From NCBI GenBank assembly GCA_964585575.1, contig CAZPEM010000004.1:1-52323 (forward strand): 52,323 bases of DNA, written 5' to 3'. The notes beneath the pieces are model-generated. The model made no database searches and had not been told where the DNA came from. It worked only from the letters and a program-made list of their open reading frames with translations. Positions within the stretch are counted from its first letter, which is position 1. Each line of letters starts with the position of its first letter. Below, piece by piece: positions 1-10,796 of this stretch. The translations under genes and the position numbers were made by a program. Source of the stretch: an uncultured Chitinophagaceae bacterium. GTDB lineage: Bacteria; Planctomycetota; Planctomycetia; Pirellulales; UBA1268.

Positions 1-1463
1 GCTTTTACGACCTCGTGATCGAGGTGGCGATCGTGCGGCCGGGGCCGATCCAGGGCGACATGGTCCATCCGTATCTTCGGCGACGAAACGGCGAGGAGCC
101 GGTCACGTATCCGAACGACGCGATTCGCGGCGTGCTCGAAAAGACGCTCGGCGTGCCGCTCTTCCAGGAGCAGGCGATGCGGCTGGCGGTCGTGGCGGCG
201 GGCTTCACGCCGGGAGAGGCCGACCAGCTCCGCCGTGCGATGGGGGCCTGGCGCCGGCCGGGCGTGATCGACGAGTTTCACCGCAGGCTCGTCGATGGCA
301 TGCTCGCGAGGGGGCTTTCTCGCGAATTCGCCGAGGCGGTGTTCGGGCAGATTCGCGGCTTCGGGGAGTATGGGTTTCCGGAGTCGCACGCGGCGAGCTT
401 CGCCCTGCTCGTCTACGTGTCGGCCTGGCTGAAGCATCACCATCCCGCGGCGTTCACGGCGGCCCTGCTCGCGAGCCAGCCGATGGGGTTCTACGCGCCC
501 GCGCAGCTGGTGCGCGACGCGCGGAGCCACGGTGTGAAGGTGTTGCCGGTGGACGTGAATGCCAGCGACTGGAATGCGACGATTGAACGGGTGTCGGGGC
601 AACGGACAGGTTCCCATGAAATAGCCATACGGCAGTGTTCCCATGAAATAGCCATACGGCTGGGTCTCGAGCAGGTGCATGGGCTCGGGGAAGCGGCGGG
701 CCGGCGGATCGAGGAGGCCCGCAGGCAGGGCGGACCGTTTCGGCTCGTGCACGAGCTCGCCCGTCGGGCGGAAATCGGCCGTGAATCACTCGCGCATCTC
801 GCGCGGGCCGGGGCGATGTCGTCGCTCGGGCTCGAGCGCCGTCGGGCGGTGTGGGAGGCGATGCGGTGCCTCGATCGGCCCGGCAGCCAGCCGCTCCTGG
901 AGGGGCTCGACGACGACGATGATCTCGACGACGACATCGACGAAGACCGGCTCGGTGGAGAAGAGCCGCAACGATTAACTCTGCCCGGAAAGACCGGCGC
1001 AGGTTTGCCCGGGATGACCAGAAAGGAGCAGGTGATCGCCGACTACCGGTCCATCGGCCTCTCGCTCGAGGCGCACCCGATCCACTTCGAGCGGGAGCGG
1101 CTTGCCGCGGCGGGGGTTTGCACGGTGGCGGCGGCCGTGCAGGCTCCCGAGGGCCGCAGGGTGAAGGTGGCGGGGATCGTGCTCACGCGACAGCGGCCGG
1201 CCACCGCCAAGGGGACGATCTTCCTCACGATCGAAGACGAAACCGGCGCCGCCAACGTCGTCGTCCGGCCGGCGGTGTGGCATGCGGCCGACCATGCGGC
1301 CCGTCGCGCGGCGGTGCTCATCGTCCACGGCCGGATCCAGCGGCGAGGGGAGGTCGTGCACGTCGTGGCAACGAAGCTCGAATCGGCACATCCGGAATCG
1401 GTAAATTCCGAGCCAGGTTCGGCCAGCCTCCAGATCCCCCGCATGTCACGCGATTTCTGCTGA
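1..1463 (+). CDS. dnaE2: Error-prone DNA polymerase III alpha (DnaE2/ImuC), 5' truncated by window edge
   Basis: Motifs IVRPGPIQGDMVHPYLRRR, FGEYGFPESHAASFA, QPMGFYAPAQLV, OB-fold RQRPATAKG and the DnaE2-specific C-terminus SRDFC. Confidence 0.95.
   Translation, partial: FYDLVIEVAIVRPGPIQGDMVHPYLRRRNGEEPVTYPNDAIRGVLEKTLGVPLFQEQAMRLAVVAAGFTPGEADQLRRAMGAWRRPGVIDEFHRRLVDGMLARGLSREFAEAVFGQIRGFGEYGFPESHAASFALLVYVSAWLKHHHPAAFTAALLASQPMGFYAPAQLVRDARSHGVKVLPVDVNASDWNATIERVSGQRTGSHEIAIRQCSHEIAIRLGLEQVHGLGEAAGRRIEEARRQGGPFRLVHELARRAEIGRESLAHLARAGAMSSLGLERRRAVWEAMRCLDRPGSQPLLEGLDDDDDLDDDIDEDRLGGEEPQRLTLPGKTGAGLPGMTRKEQVIADYRSIGLSLEAHPIHFERERLAAAGVCTVAAAVQAPEGRRVKVAGIVLTRQRPATAKGTIFLTIEDETGAANVVVRPAVWHAADHAARRAAVLIVHGRIQRRGEVVHVVATKLESAHPESVNSEPGSASLQIPRMSRDFC
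610..660 (+). repeat. 24-bp direct repeat, period 27 (in frame), inside dnaE2
   Basis: GTTCCCATGAAATAGCCATACGGC at 610-633 and 637-660, encoding SHEIAIR twice. Confidence 0.95.
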
Positions 1464-1559
1464 ACGATTTCTGCTGCATCGTTCCCCGTTCGGCGGCAGC
1501 GAAATGCCGATCGATCGCCCGGCTCCAGGCAATCTCTGAAAGTCGTGGGCAGCCTGCCG

Positions 1560-2519
1560 TCAGATGCCGCGGCCGGTGAGGAGGCGGCAGGCTTCGAGGT
1601 ATTTTTCGCGGGTGCCGGCGACGACGTCCGCGGGAAGCTCCGGCGGCGTGCTCTGCTTGTCCCAGCCCGATCGCTCAAGCCAGTCGCGGACGAACTGCTT
1701 GTCGAACGAGTCGGGCACGCGGCCGGGCGTCTCCACCCCCGCCGGCCAGAACCGCGAGCTGTCGGGCGTGAGCACTTCGTCGACGAGCAGGAGCATGCCC
1801 GGGGCCGGCCCCCGTCCCTTCGTGAGACCCCATTCGAATTTCGTGTCGGCGACGACGATCCCCCGGCCGGCCGCGTATTCGGCACCGCGGCGAAAGACTT
1901 CGAGGCTCTTTTCCCGCAGCGTCGCGGCGAGGTCGCCGCCGATCGCCTTCGCCATCACGTCGAACGACACGTTCTCGTCGTGGCCGCTCGTCGCCTTCGT
2001 GGCGGGTGTGAAGATCGGCTCCGGCAGCCGAGAGCCCGCCGAGAGCCCCGGGGGCAATCGCACGCCGCAGACGGTGCCCTGCTTCCGGTATTCCGCGAGG
2101 CCCGAGCCCGCGAGCCATCCGCGGACGACGCACTCGAAGGGCACGACTTCGGCGAGCTTCACGAGCATCGTGCGGCCGCGGAGGATGTCGAGATCGACGT
2201 CGGCCGGGAGCCCCATCGCATCGACGTCGGACGTGATGAGATGGTGGGCGACGGGCGACGGTCCCTGCAAAAGCCAGTCGAACCAGAAGGTCGAGATCGC
2301 CGTGAGCACCTTCCCCTTGTCGGGGATCGGCGTCGGCAACACCCAGTCGAAGGCGCTGATCCTGTCGGTGCTCACGATGAGCATCGCCCCGTCGAGCGGC
2401 TCGCCCGCCGGCGGCCGAAACTGCCCCGGCCCCAGCCGATAGCAGTCGCGGACCTTCCCACGATAGGGCTGCCCGAGCGGCAGACTGGTCTCCACGACGG
2501 CGTTCGAAGGCGAGTGCAT
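1560..2519 (-). CDS. purC: SAICAR synthase
   Basis: YRGKVRD, TDRISAFD, ECVVRGWLAGS, PIFTPATK, DTKFEWG, DEVLTPDSSRFW, FDKQFVRDW. Start placed at the ATG at 2519, which follows a TACAAC -10-like hexamer. Confidence 0.95.
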   Translation of the reverse strand: MHSPSNAVVETSLPLGQPYRGKVRDCYRLGPGQFRPPAGEPLDGAMLIVSTDRISAFDWVLPTPIPDKGKVLTAISTFWFDWLLQGPSPVAHHLITSDVDAMGLPADVDLDILRGRTMLVKLAEVVPFECVVRGWLAGSGLAEYRKQGTVCGVRLPPGLSAGSRLPEPIFTPATKATSGHDENVSFDVMAKAIGGDLAATLREKSLEVFRRGAEYAAGRGIVVADTKFEWGLTKGRGPAPGMLLLVDEVLTPDSSRFWPAGVETPGRVPDSFDKQFVRDWLERSGWDKQSTPPELPADVVAGTREKYLEACRLLTGRGI

Positions 2520-2620
2520 GGCCGCCGTTGTATGCAAACCGTCGAACCGGGCCAACCCGGTTCCTTGATGAACGGCGATGAGCGGGCTGTCTGCGGCAGG
2601 GCTGGCGTCGTGTTGAGCCT

Positions 2621-2996
2621 TCACGGCTCGGATGCCACCAGCGGCTCGACGGCCCGTTGCACCGACCGCGGGTAGCGGGAGCGGACGGCTGCCGGGATCG
2701 TCAGCCGCTCGAGCCGCGGGCTCACGCAGATGAATACCAGCCCGCCCAAGGGTGTGCTGCGCCGCCGCGAGCGGTTGTGCCTGCGACGGGTGAAACGGGT
2801 GAAGCAGTCGATCTCGCGAGGCTGCTGGATGATGAATCCGTGACGGGCAAGGGCGTAGCCGGCCGTGACGTAGGCGTCGCCGTCGATGGCATGGGCCAGC
2901 TCCTCGGCCGTCACGCCCTCGGGCAGGCCGTATCGGCCAGGGGCCCAGCTGCGGATCACCCCCTGCCGCACGAGCCGGCCCAGCTGGCCTCGTTCT
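2621..2996 (-). pseudogene. Probable remnant of an AbiEi-like (type IV TA) antitoxin/transcriptional regulator
   Basis: In frame LGRLVRQGVIRSWAPGRY resembles the wHTH wing LxRLxxxGxxxxxxxGxY. It is followed by AYVTAGYALARHGFIIQQPREIDCFT, typical of AbiEi. The N-terminal HTH is missing and no toxin gene is adjacent. Confidence 0.55.
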
Positions 2997-4451
<1,455 letters not shown>

Positions 4452-4493
4452 GGCGGACGCTCCAGAAGCGAGAAACTCGGCGGACCAGCAGAT

Positions 4494-7307
4494 TCAGGGC
4501 AGGAACAGAAACTCATTCGCGAGCAAGACCCCGTGGCACAACTGCGGCCAGTCGTTGCCGGTCGCCTGCAGGTAGTCGAGCGCTGCCTGCCGCTCTTCCG
4601 GCTTCGGACTGCGGGCGAAGGCGAGCTTCCAGGCCCGGTCGATGCGGGCCGCCTCGTCGGCCGCCTCTTTGCCGAGCCGCTCGGCAAAGGCCTTCGACAT
4701 TGCCCCGACGAAGGGACTGTTGAGGGCGAAGAGCTGCTGCTGCGGAGTCGTCGTCACGCTCCGTCGCTCGCTCGAGACGTTTGGCTCGGGCACGTCGAAG
4801 CTCATGAGCGCGGGATTGGGCTCCCGGCGGCTGATGAAGCCGTAGAGCGTGCGGCGGCCGTGGGAGGGATCCTGCGGATGGATTTCCTTTCCACCGGCCG
4901 CCAGCGGCGGGCCGCCGAGCGTGCGATCGAGCTTCCCGGCGACGGCCAGCATCGCATCCCGCCAGGCCTCGAATTCGAGCCGCCGGGGCGTCATCCGCCA
5001 GAGCAAGCGGTTGTCGCCGTCGAGCTTCTCGTTGGCGGCGTCGGGTCGGCTCGACAGCCGGTAGGTGGTGGAGAGCGTGATCTCGCGAATCAGCCACTTC
5101 ATCGACCAGCCGTGTTCCATGAACCGCACGGCGAGCGTGTCGAGCAGCTCCGGATGCGAGGGCCGCTCACCGAGCTGGCCGAAGTTGGAGAGTGTGCCGA
5201 CCAGACCGCGGCCGAAGAGGTGGTGCCAGACGCGGTTGACGAACACCCTCGCGGTGAGCGGGTTGTCGCGGCTGGCGATCGCGGTGGCGAGGTCGAGCCG
5301 GGTGAACGTCGCGGCGGAGGTGCCCGAGGCCGCGGGCCGCGAGAGCACCTGCAGGAACCCCGGCGGCGCCACGACGCCGAGCTGATCGACGTTGCCGCGG
5401 ATGTTGATCCTCATCGCGGTGCCACCGCCCGTCACGCCCAGCGCCCGCGGCAGGTCCGGCCGCTCCGCCTTCGCATGCTCGGCCTTTTCGCGGGTGAGCG
5501 ACTCGTGCCGCTGCTTTGCCTCCGCCGTGAAGAATGCCGGGATCTCCTCGGGCTTGAGCTTGAACGCGGCTCCGTTGTTCAGGAACAGGATCTTGAGGGC
5601 CAGGTCATGCTCCGGACGCAGCGGCTCCGGCTTCGGCTTCTTCTCCTGCTGCTCGCGGCGGAGCCGGTCGAGGTCGGCGAACGCCTCGGCCACGACCGCG
5701 GCCGCCCGCCGAGATGCCTCTGCAATCGCCGGCGGGACGTCGACATCGCCCTCGCGCTCCGTCGCCGCGGGAATCGCCGCCACAACCGCCTCCTGCCAGG
5801 CCTTGAGCGAGTCGCCACCGTTGGCCAGCTGCTTCGCGCCGAGGGAACCCACCAGGCGGCCAAGGACCACGGGATCGAGTCCGTGTCGCTTCGCAAGGCC
5901 CGGCACGTCCGGCGGGAGCTTGCGGGCGGCGAGGGCATGCCCTCGCCACGCCGCCTCCAGGTAGGCGGCGAGTTTCGCGAGCTCCGCCCGCCCGACCCGT
6001 TCCGACTCGTCGTTGATGAGCTTATTGAATTGCGCGTCGAGTTCCGCCTTGCGAGCAAGCCAGTCCTTCCGGGCCTGGTCTTGCGTCGGGCTGCCGAGCA
6101 GGAGTTCCGCTCGCCAATTCCCGCCGTTATAGGCTGCGCCGAGGGCGTAGTAATCGCGGGTTGGGATCGGGTCGAACTTGTGGTCATGGCAGCGGGCGCA
6201 CGACACCGTCAGCCCGAGCAGGCCGCGGCTGACGGTGTCAATTCGGTCGTCGAGCTCTTCGGCGGCCTTCTTTTTCGCCTCGAGCACGCCGCCTACCTTG
6301 AGCCCCAGGCCCTGGAAGCCGAGGCCGGCAAGCCGCATGACATAGTCGTCCGTCGGCTCCGAGAGCATGTCGCCGGCGAGTTGCAGGCGGAGGAACTGGT
6401 CGTAGGGCAGGTCGGCATTGAACGCGTTCACGACCCAGTCGCGGTAGCGGAACGAGTGAGCTGCGTTGTCCGGCCGTTCCGAACCATTGAATTCGTCCGC
6501 GTATCGTGCGACGTCGAGCCAGTGCCGGGCCCAACGTTCGCCGAACTGCGGGCTGGCGAGCAGCCGCTCGACGACGGTCGCGAAGGCCTCCGACGACGTG
6601 TCGGCGAGGAAAGCGTCGAGCTCCTGGGGGCTGGGCGGCAGTCCGGTGAGATCGAAGCTCACCCGCCGCAGCCACTCCTCGCGGGTCGCCGCCGGCACGG
6701 GCGTGAGGCCCTTCGCCTCGTGGGTCGCGCGGATGAACCAGTCGAGTTCCCGCGCGGGCCAGGCGGTGTCGCGCACCGCCGGCCGGGGATGGGCCACCGG
6801 AGGAATGAACGACCAGAACTTCCGCCCCGCCTCGATGTCGATCGCGCCGGACGCCACGGCGGCCCCGTCGCGCGGGTCGGCGGCGCCGTGCTTCACCCAC
6901 GCGACGAAGTCGGCGACAACGTCGGCGGAGAGCTTCTCGCCGGGGGGCATCTCCAGCCCCTCGTGCTTGAGGGCCTTGATGAGCGTGCTCGCGCTCACGT
7001 CGCCGGGCACGACGGCCGGCCCGCTCTCACCCCCTTGGCGGATTGCCGCTCGGGAGTCGAGGGCCAGCTTGCCCTCCAGTTTGTCGGCCTTCGCCGCCTC
7101 TGCCGAGTGGCACTCGTAACAATGCTTCACCAGCACCGGCCGGATCTTTTTTTCGAAGAACTCCAGTTGGGCGACGTCGGGCGCCGCCCCGACGGTCGCG
7201 GGGCCGGTCTCAGCCGCGCCCGCGACCGTCGAAGCCGCCAGGGCGAGGAGCGTTCGCAGGAGCGGGGTCATGCGTCGCAACTCGCTGCCCGCAATGACAC
7301 TGCCCAC
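4494..7307 (-). CDS. Planctomycete cytochrome c / PSD1 protein (PSCyt1 + DUF1549 + DUF1553)
   Basis: FFEKKIRPVL-CYECH heme motif, GERWARHWLDVARYAD, CARCHDHKFDPI, NPLTARVFVNRVW, PSHPELLD. GTG start at 7307 with AGGAGA 7 nt upstream; alternative ATG at 7271. Confidence 0.93.
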   Translation of the reverse strand: MGSVIAGSELRRMTPLLRTLLALAASTVAGAAETGPATVGAAPDVAQLEFFEKKIRPVLVKHCYECHSAEAAKADKLEGKLALDSRAAIRQGGESGPAVVPGDVSASTLIKALKHEGLEMPPGEKLSADVVADFVAWVKHGAADPRDGAAVASGAIDIEAGRKFWSFIPPVAHPRPAVRDTAWPARELDWFIRATHEAKGLTPVPAATREEWLRRVSFDLTGLPPSPQELDAFLADTSSEAFATVVERLLASPQFGERWARHWLDVARYADEFNGSERPDNAAHSFRYRDWVVNAFNADLPYDQFLRLQLAGDMLSEPTDDYVMRLAGLGFQGLGLKVGGVLEAKKKAAEELDDRIDTVSRGLLGLTVSCARCHDHKFDPIPTRDYYALGAAYNGGNWRAELLLGSPTQDQARKDWLARKAELDAQFNKLINDESERVGRAELAKLAAYLEAAWRGHALAARKLPPDVPGLAKRHGLDPVVLGRLVGSLGAKQLANGGDSLKAWQEAVVAAIPAATEREGDVDVPPAIAEASRRAAAVVAEAFADLDRLRREQQEKKPKPEPLRPEHDLALKILFLNNGAAFKLKPEEIPAFFTAEAKQRHESLTREKAEHAKAERPDLPRALGVTGGGTAMRINIRGNVDQLGVVAPPGFLQVLSRPAASGTSAATFTRLDLATAIASRDNPLTARVFVNRVWHHLFGRGLVGTLSNFGQLGERPSHPELLDTLAVRFMEHGWSMKWLIREITLSTTYRLSSRPDAANEKLDGDNRLLWRMTPRRLEFEAWRDAMLAVAGKLDRTLGGPPLAAGGKEIHPQDPSHGRRTLYGFISRREPNPALMSFDVPEPNVSSERRSVTTTPQQQLFALNSPFVGAMSKAFAERLGKEAADEAARIDRAWKLAFARSPKPEERQAALDYLQATGNDWPQLCHGVLLANEFLFLP

Positions 7308-7326
7308 GATGTCTTCTCCTTTGCAG

Positions 7327-7361
7327 ATTATATCGGCATTGCAGCCATACAATAATATTGT
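7327..7361 (-). promoter_or_regulatory. Putative promoter (-10 TATAAT) with overlapping palindromic operator
   Basis: TATAAT on the minus strand at 7327-7332 and ACAAT-AAT-ATTGT inverted repeat at 7349-7361, in an AT-rich patch upstream of the PSCyt gene. Confidence 0.55.
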
Positions 7362-7576
7362 GAATGGGCTCGGGGGCCGGGAAGGGCATCCCACCCCGCG
7401 CGGCGGATGAAAATCGTCAAATTCTTGGGGAAAACGCCGCGATGACCACCGCGATGCCCCATATGCAACGGTCCTCCCGCGGGAGATTGAAGCGACCGTA
7501 AGCAGGCCCGCCGATCGTGCCGGGCACCGCTTCCCATGCGTCACGTTCCCGTGATGCATCCTTCGCCGGGAATTTC

Positions 7577-7996
7577 TCATGCGATCCAGACGAGCCTCGC
7601 CGCGTGGCCACGAACACCCGCGAGGATCGCGTTTTGTTCGAAGAGGCGGCCGAGGGCGATCGCGTCGGCTTCACCGATGCCGAGCACCAGCCGGCTCGGC
7701 TCCGCTGGCCAGTCACCCGCATCCGCAACCCCCGCGCCCGGGAGCGAAGGCAGGCCACGGTCGCGGAGAACTTCGTCGAGCCTCGCCATGCGGAGGGCGT
7801 TCACGGCGTCGTCGAGCCGCTTCGACCGCGGATTGCAGGCGGTCACGAACGCCCATTCCACGACGTCGAGATTTCGGAGATGCCGGTCGAGATCCGCGGA
7901 CGGCTCTCCGCACCGCAGCGAGATCCTCTCGCCCCCAGGCATCTCCACGACGTAGGCCGTCGCACGATAGGCGGCGTCGAGATCGGGGGAACTCAT
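7577..7996 (-). CDS. DUF3293 family protein
   Basis: AYRATAY, WAFVTACNPRS...N, EPS, LGRLFEQNAI motifs. Confidence 0.8.
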   Translation of the reverse strand: MSSPDLDAAYRATAYVVEMPGGERISLRCGEPSADLDRHLRNLDVVEWAFVTACNPRSKRLDDAVNALRMARLDEVLRDRGLPSLPGAGVADAGDWPAEPSRLVLGIGEADAIALGRLFEQNAILAGVRGHAARLVWIA

Positions 7997-8190
7997 GAAG
8001 GCACCTGCCCGGGAACGGCCCATTATGACTTGCCCATGGTGTCATGGCGGCAGCGTCGATTCCGAGCGATTTCCGAGCCCGGAGGTCTGGCCGCGGTGCG
8101 ATTCCCGCCGCCCCACGGAACTGGCCTAGGGGCGGTCGAAACCCCGAATTAGACTCCTGAAGTTCACACCCCCGGGTTTCCTGCCGCACG

Positions 8191-9330
8191 ATGCTTCGAT
8201 ACTGGACCGCCGGCGAGTCGCATGGCCCCGCGCTCATCGCCCTTGTGGACGGATTTCCGGCAGGCCTGACGGTCGATGCTGCGGCGATCGACCGCGAACT
8301 CGTCCGCCGCCAGGGGGGCTACGGCCGCGGCGGCCGACAGCGGATCGAGACCGACGCCGTGACGTTTCTCTCGGGGCTCTGGAAGGGCGTCACGCTCGGA
8401 AGCCCGCTGGCCATGCAGGTGGTGAACCGCGACGCCAAACTCGAGCGGCTCGACGACGTCGATCGCCCGCGGCCCGGCCACGCCGACCTCCCCGGCTCGA
8501 TCAAGCATCTCGGGGGCATCCGCGCGGTGCTCGAACGGGCGAGCGCCCGCGAGACTGCCGCTCGGGTAGCCGCCGGCGCGGTCGCGAAACAGCTTCTCTC
8601 GCTTTTCGGCATCGAGGTTGCCGGATGGGTGCGGGAACTCGGCGACGTGGTGCTCGGCGACCGCGACGGCACGATCGGCGAGCTTCGCGCGATCCGCGAC
8701 TCGAGCTCCGTCTACTCTCTGCATCCCGACCGCGACAAGGAGGTCGAGGCCCTCATCGACAAGGTCGGCAAGGAGGGGGACACGCTCGGCGGCATCGTCG
8801 AAACGCGGGTGGACGGCCTTCCGATCGGCCTCGGCACCCACGCCCAGTGGGACCGCAAGCTCGACGGCAGGCTTGCCCAGGCCGTCATGGCCGTGCAGGC
8901 GATCAAGGGGGTCGAGATCGGCCTCGGCTTCGAGGCGGCCAGGCGCCGCGGGTCGCAGGTGCACGACCCGATCCAGTTCGACGCCTCCAAACGCGGCGGC
9001 CCGTCGCTCGGCTTCACCCGTCCGACCAACAACGCCGGCGGCCTCGAGGCGGGGATGACCAACGGCCAGCCGCTCGTCATCCGCGCCGCGATGAAGCCGA
9101 TCAGCACGCTCCGCAAGCCGCTGGAGTCGGTGAACCTGCGGACGAAGCAGCCGGAGGAGGCCGCCTACGAGAGGAGCGACGTCTGCGCGGTGAGCGCCGC
9201 GAGCGTGATCGTCGAGAACGTGGTCGCCTTCGAGGTGGCCGCGGCGGTCGTCGACAAGTTCGGCGGCGACAGCGTCGAGGAGATGCGGGCCCGCTACGCC
9301 CTCTACCATGAGTTGGCGGGGGCGAAGTAG
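8191..9330 (+). CDS. aroC: Chorismate synthase
   Basis: TAGESHG, RRQGGYGRG, PRPGHAD, ERASARETA, NNAGGLEAG, MKPISTL, ERSDVCAV. Confidence 0.97.
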   Translation: MLRYWTAGESHGPALIALVDGFPAGLTVDAAAIDRELVRRQGGYGRGGRQRIETDAVTFLSGLWKGVTLGSPLAMQVVNRDAKLERLDDVDRPRPGHADLPGSIKHLGGIRAVLERASARETAARVAAGAVAKQLLSLFGIEVAGWVRELGDVVLGDRDGTIGELRAIRDSSSVYSLHPDRDKEVEALIDKVGKEGDTLGGIVETRVDGLPIGLGTHAQWDRKLDGRLAQAVMAVQAIKGVEIGLGFEAARRRGSQVHDPIQFDASKRGGPSLGFTRPTNNAGGLEAGMTNGQPLVIRAAMKPISTLRKPLESVNLRTKQPEEAAYERSDVCAVSAASVIVENVVAFEVAAAVVDKFGGDSVEEMRARYALYHELAGAK

Positions 9331-9370
9331 CCGTCCGGAGGGAATCGCCTGAACACGGAGTCGGACAGGG

Positions 9371-10630
9371 ATGTTCGTCGAGCGGTCGGAGTCGCGGGTG
9401 AAATCGGCACGGACGGCGTTCGTGCTCTTCTGCATTTTGCCGTGCGCCGTCCTGGCGGCCTGGGCCGCGTATTGGAGGAGTGGCGCGCACTTGGGCGCCG
9501 CGACCGCAGCCTGGGCGAAGGAGATCGGCCTCGCCGTCCGTTGCGAGCGGATCGATCACGTGCGGCCCGGATGCGTGAGGCTTTCGAACTGTGAGATCCG
9601 CGCCGACGACGGATCGGCCGCGGCGGGCTTCGACGTCGTCGAGATCGAGACGACCCCTCGCGAGGTTCGGATCCGGATCCCGGTCCTCGCGGCGACGCCG
9701 GAGGCCTGTGCGGCGGTCGGTCGGATGGCGAGAAACTGGCTTGCGGAGCCCGAGCGGCATCCACGGGCATGGCTCGTCGATGTCGGGGGCGTGCGGTGGC
9801 CCGATGAGGATGGCGGAAATCGCGATGTCGCATCCGGAGTCCGAGTGGAGTGCGTGGCGATCGGCTCCGAGAGGGCCGTTCGCATTCGGAGGGAGCCGGC
9901 GACGAACGACGAGGTGCGGATCGTGCGGTCGGTCGACGGCGCGCGGGTTCGCGTCGCCGTCGAAGCGAGGGTTGATGATCCGGTGCCCGCGGCCTGCGTG
10001 GTCGCCGCGATCGGCCATGCGGTGGACGGGCTCGCCGGCTGGTGCTCGGGATCGATCAACGCCGTGTGGTCGGGCGGCGGATGGACCGGCGAGGTGGCCG
10101 GCTCGTTCGACCGTTTCGACGCGGCGACGATTGCGAGGTTTTTCGGTTCGCCGATGCGATTCGAGGGGCCGGCGCGGTTCGACCTTGCCTCGGCCACGCT
10201 GTCTGGCGGAAGGATCGTGCGTGCCGACGCGACGATCGACGTCGGCCCGGCCGTCGTCTCGCAGGAATTGCTCGAGCGGCTCGTGCAGGTGGCACAGTGC
10301 CGCGCGGGCGAAGACTATCTCGGGCGTGACTCGGGCCTCTCGTCGCTCGGCGTGCGGCGGGTGGATCGGTTCGCCTGCTCGCTTGCGATCGACGCCTCGG
10401 GGGTGAGGATCGGGGCCGCCGCGGGTGGTGGCCGGGCCGCCGAGGCTGCAGGCCGGGGGATCGTGACCGCCGGCGGTCGGACGGTGCTCGAGGCCCCGAG
10501 TGGAACGGTCGCCATCGAGCGAATTCCCTGGGCATTCGCCCCGCGTGACGCCCGCCCGCTGCCGGCCACGGCCGCGACGGCATGGCTCACCCCGCTCCTG
10601 CCGACGTCTCCCTCCACCGAGCGTCGGTAG
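9371..10630 (+). CDS. Hypothetical protein with N-terminal membrane anchor, apparently beta-rich
   Basis: 419-aa ORF filling the gap after aroC, with hydrophobic N-terminus FVLFCILPCAVLAAWAAYW; no family recognised. Confidence 0.7.
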   Translation: MFVERSESRVKSARTAFVLFCILPCAVLAAWAAYWRSGAHLGAATAAWAKEIGLAVRCERIDHVRPGCVRLSNCEIRADDGSAAAGFDVVEIETTPREVRIRIPVLAATPEACAAVGRMARNWLAEPERHPRAWLVDVGGVRWPDEDGGNRDVASGVRVECVAIGSERAVRIRREPATNDEVRIVRSVDGARVRVAVEARVDDPVPAACVVAAIGHAVDGLAGWCSGSINAVWSGGGWTGEVAGSFDRFDAATIARFFGSPMRFEGPARFDLASATLSGGRIVRADATIDVGPAVVSQELLERLVQVAQCRAGEDYLGRDSGLSSLGVRRVDRFACSLAIDASGVRIGAAAGGGRAAEAAGRGIVTAGGRTVLEAPSGTVAIERIPWAFAPRDARPLPATAATAWLTPLLPTSPSTERR

Positions 10631-10796
10631 CAGGCGGTCTCTCGGGTCCGCACGCAGCAACGCGAGATTTGACGCACTTTTGACGGAGCGTCGACCGCGA
10701 TCTGACGCAGGGAGGCTGGCAAAATGGACGAGATTGTTCAAAGTGGGTTCCCGGTGACAGGTATCCCCGGCATTCAGCGCGAGAGGCGGCGAAACG

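Noticed and set aside
610-660. Short direct repeats here and at 35228-35278 as possible mini-CRISPR arrays
   Set aside because: Only two copies each, 3-nt spacers, unrelated sequences, and no cas genes
1-1463. Apparent absence of imuA/imuB next to dnaE2
   Set aside because: They would lie upstream, outside the window, so this cannot be assessed
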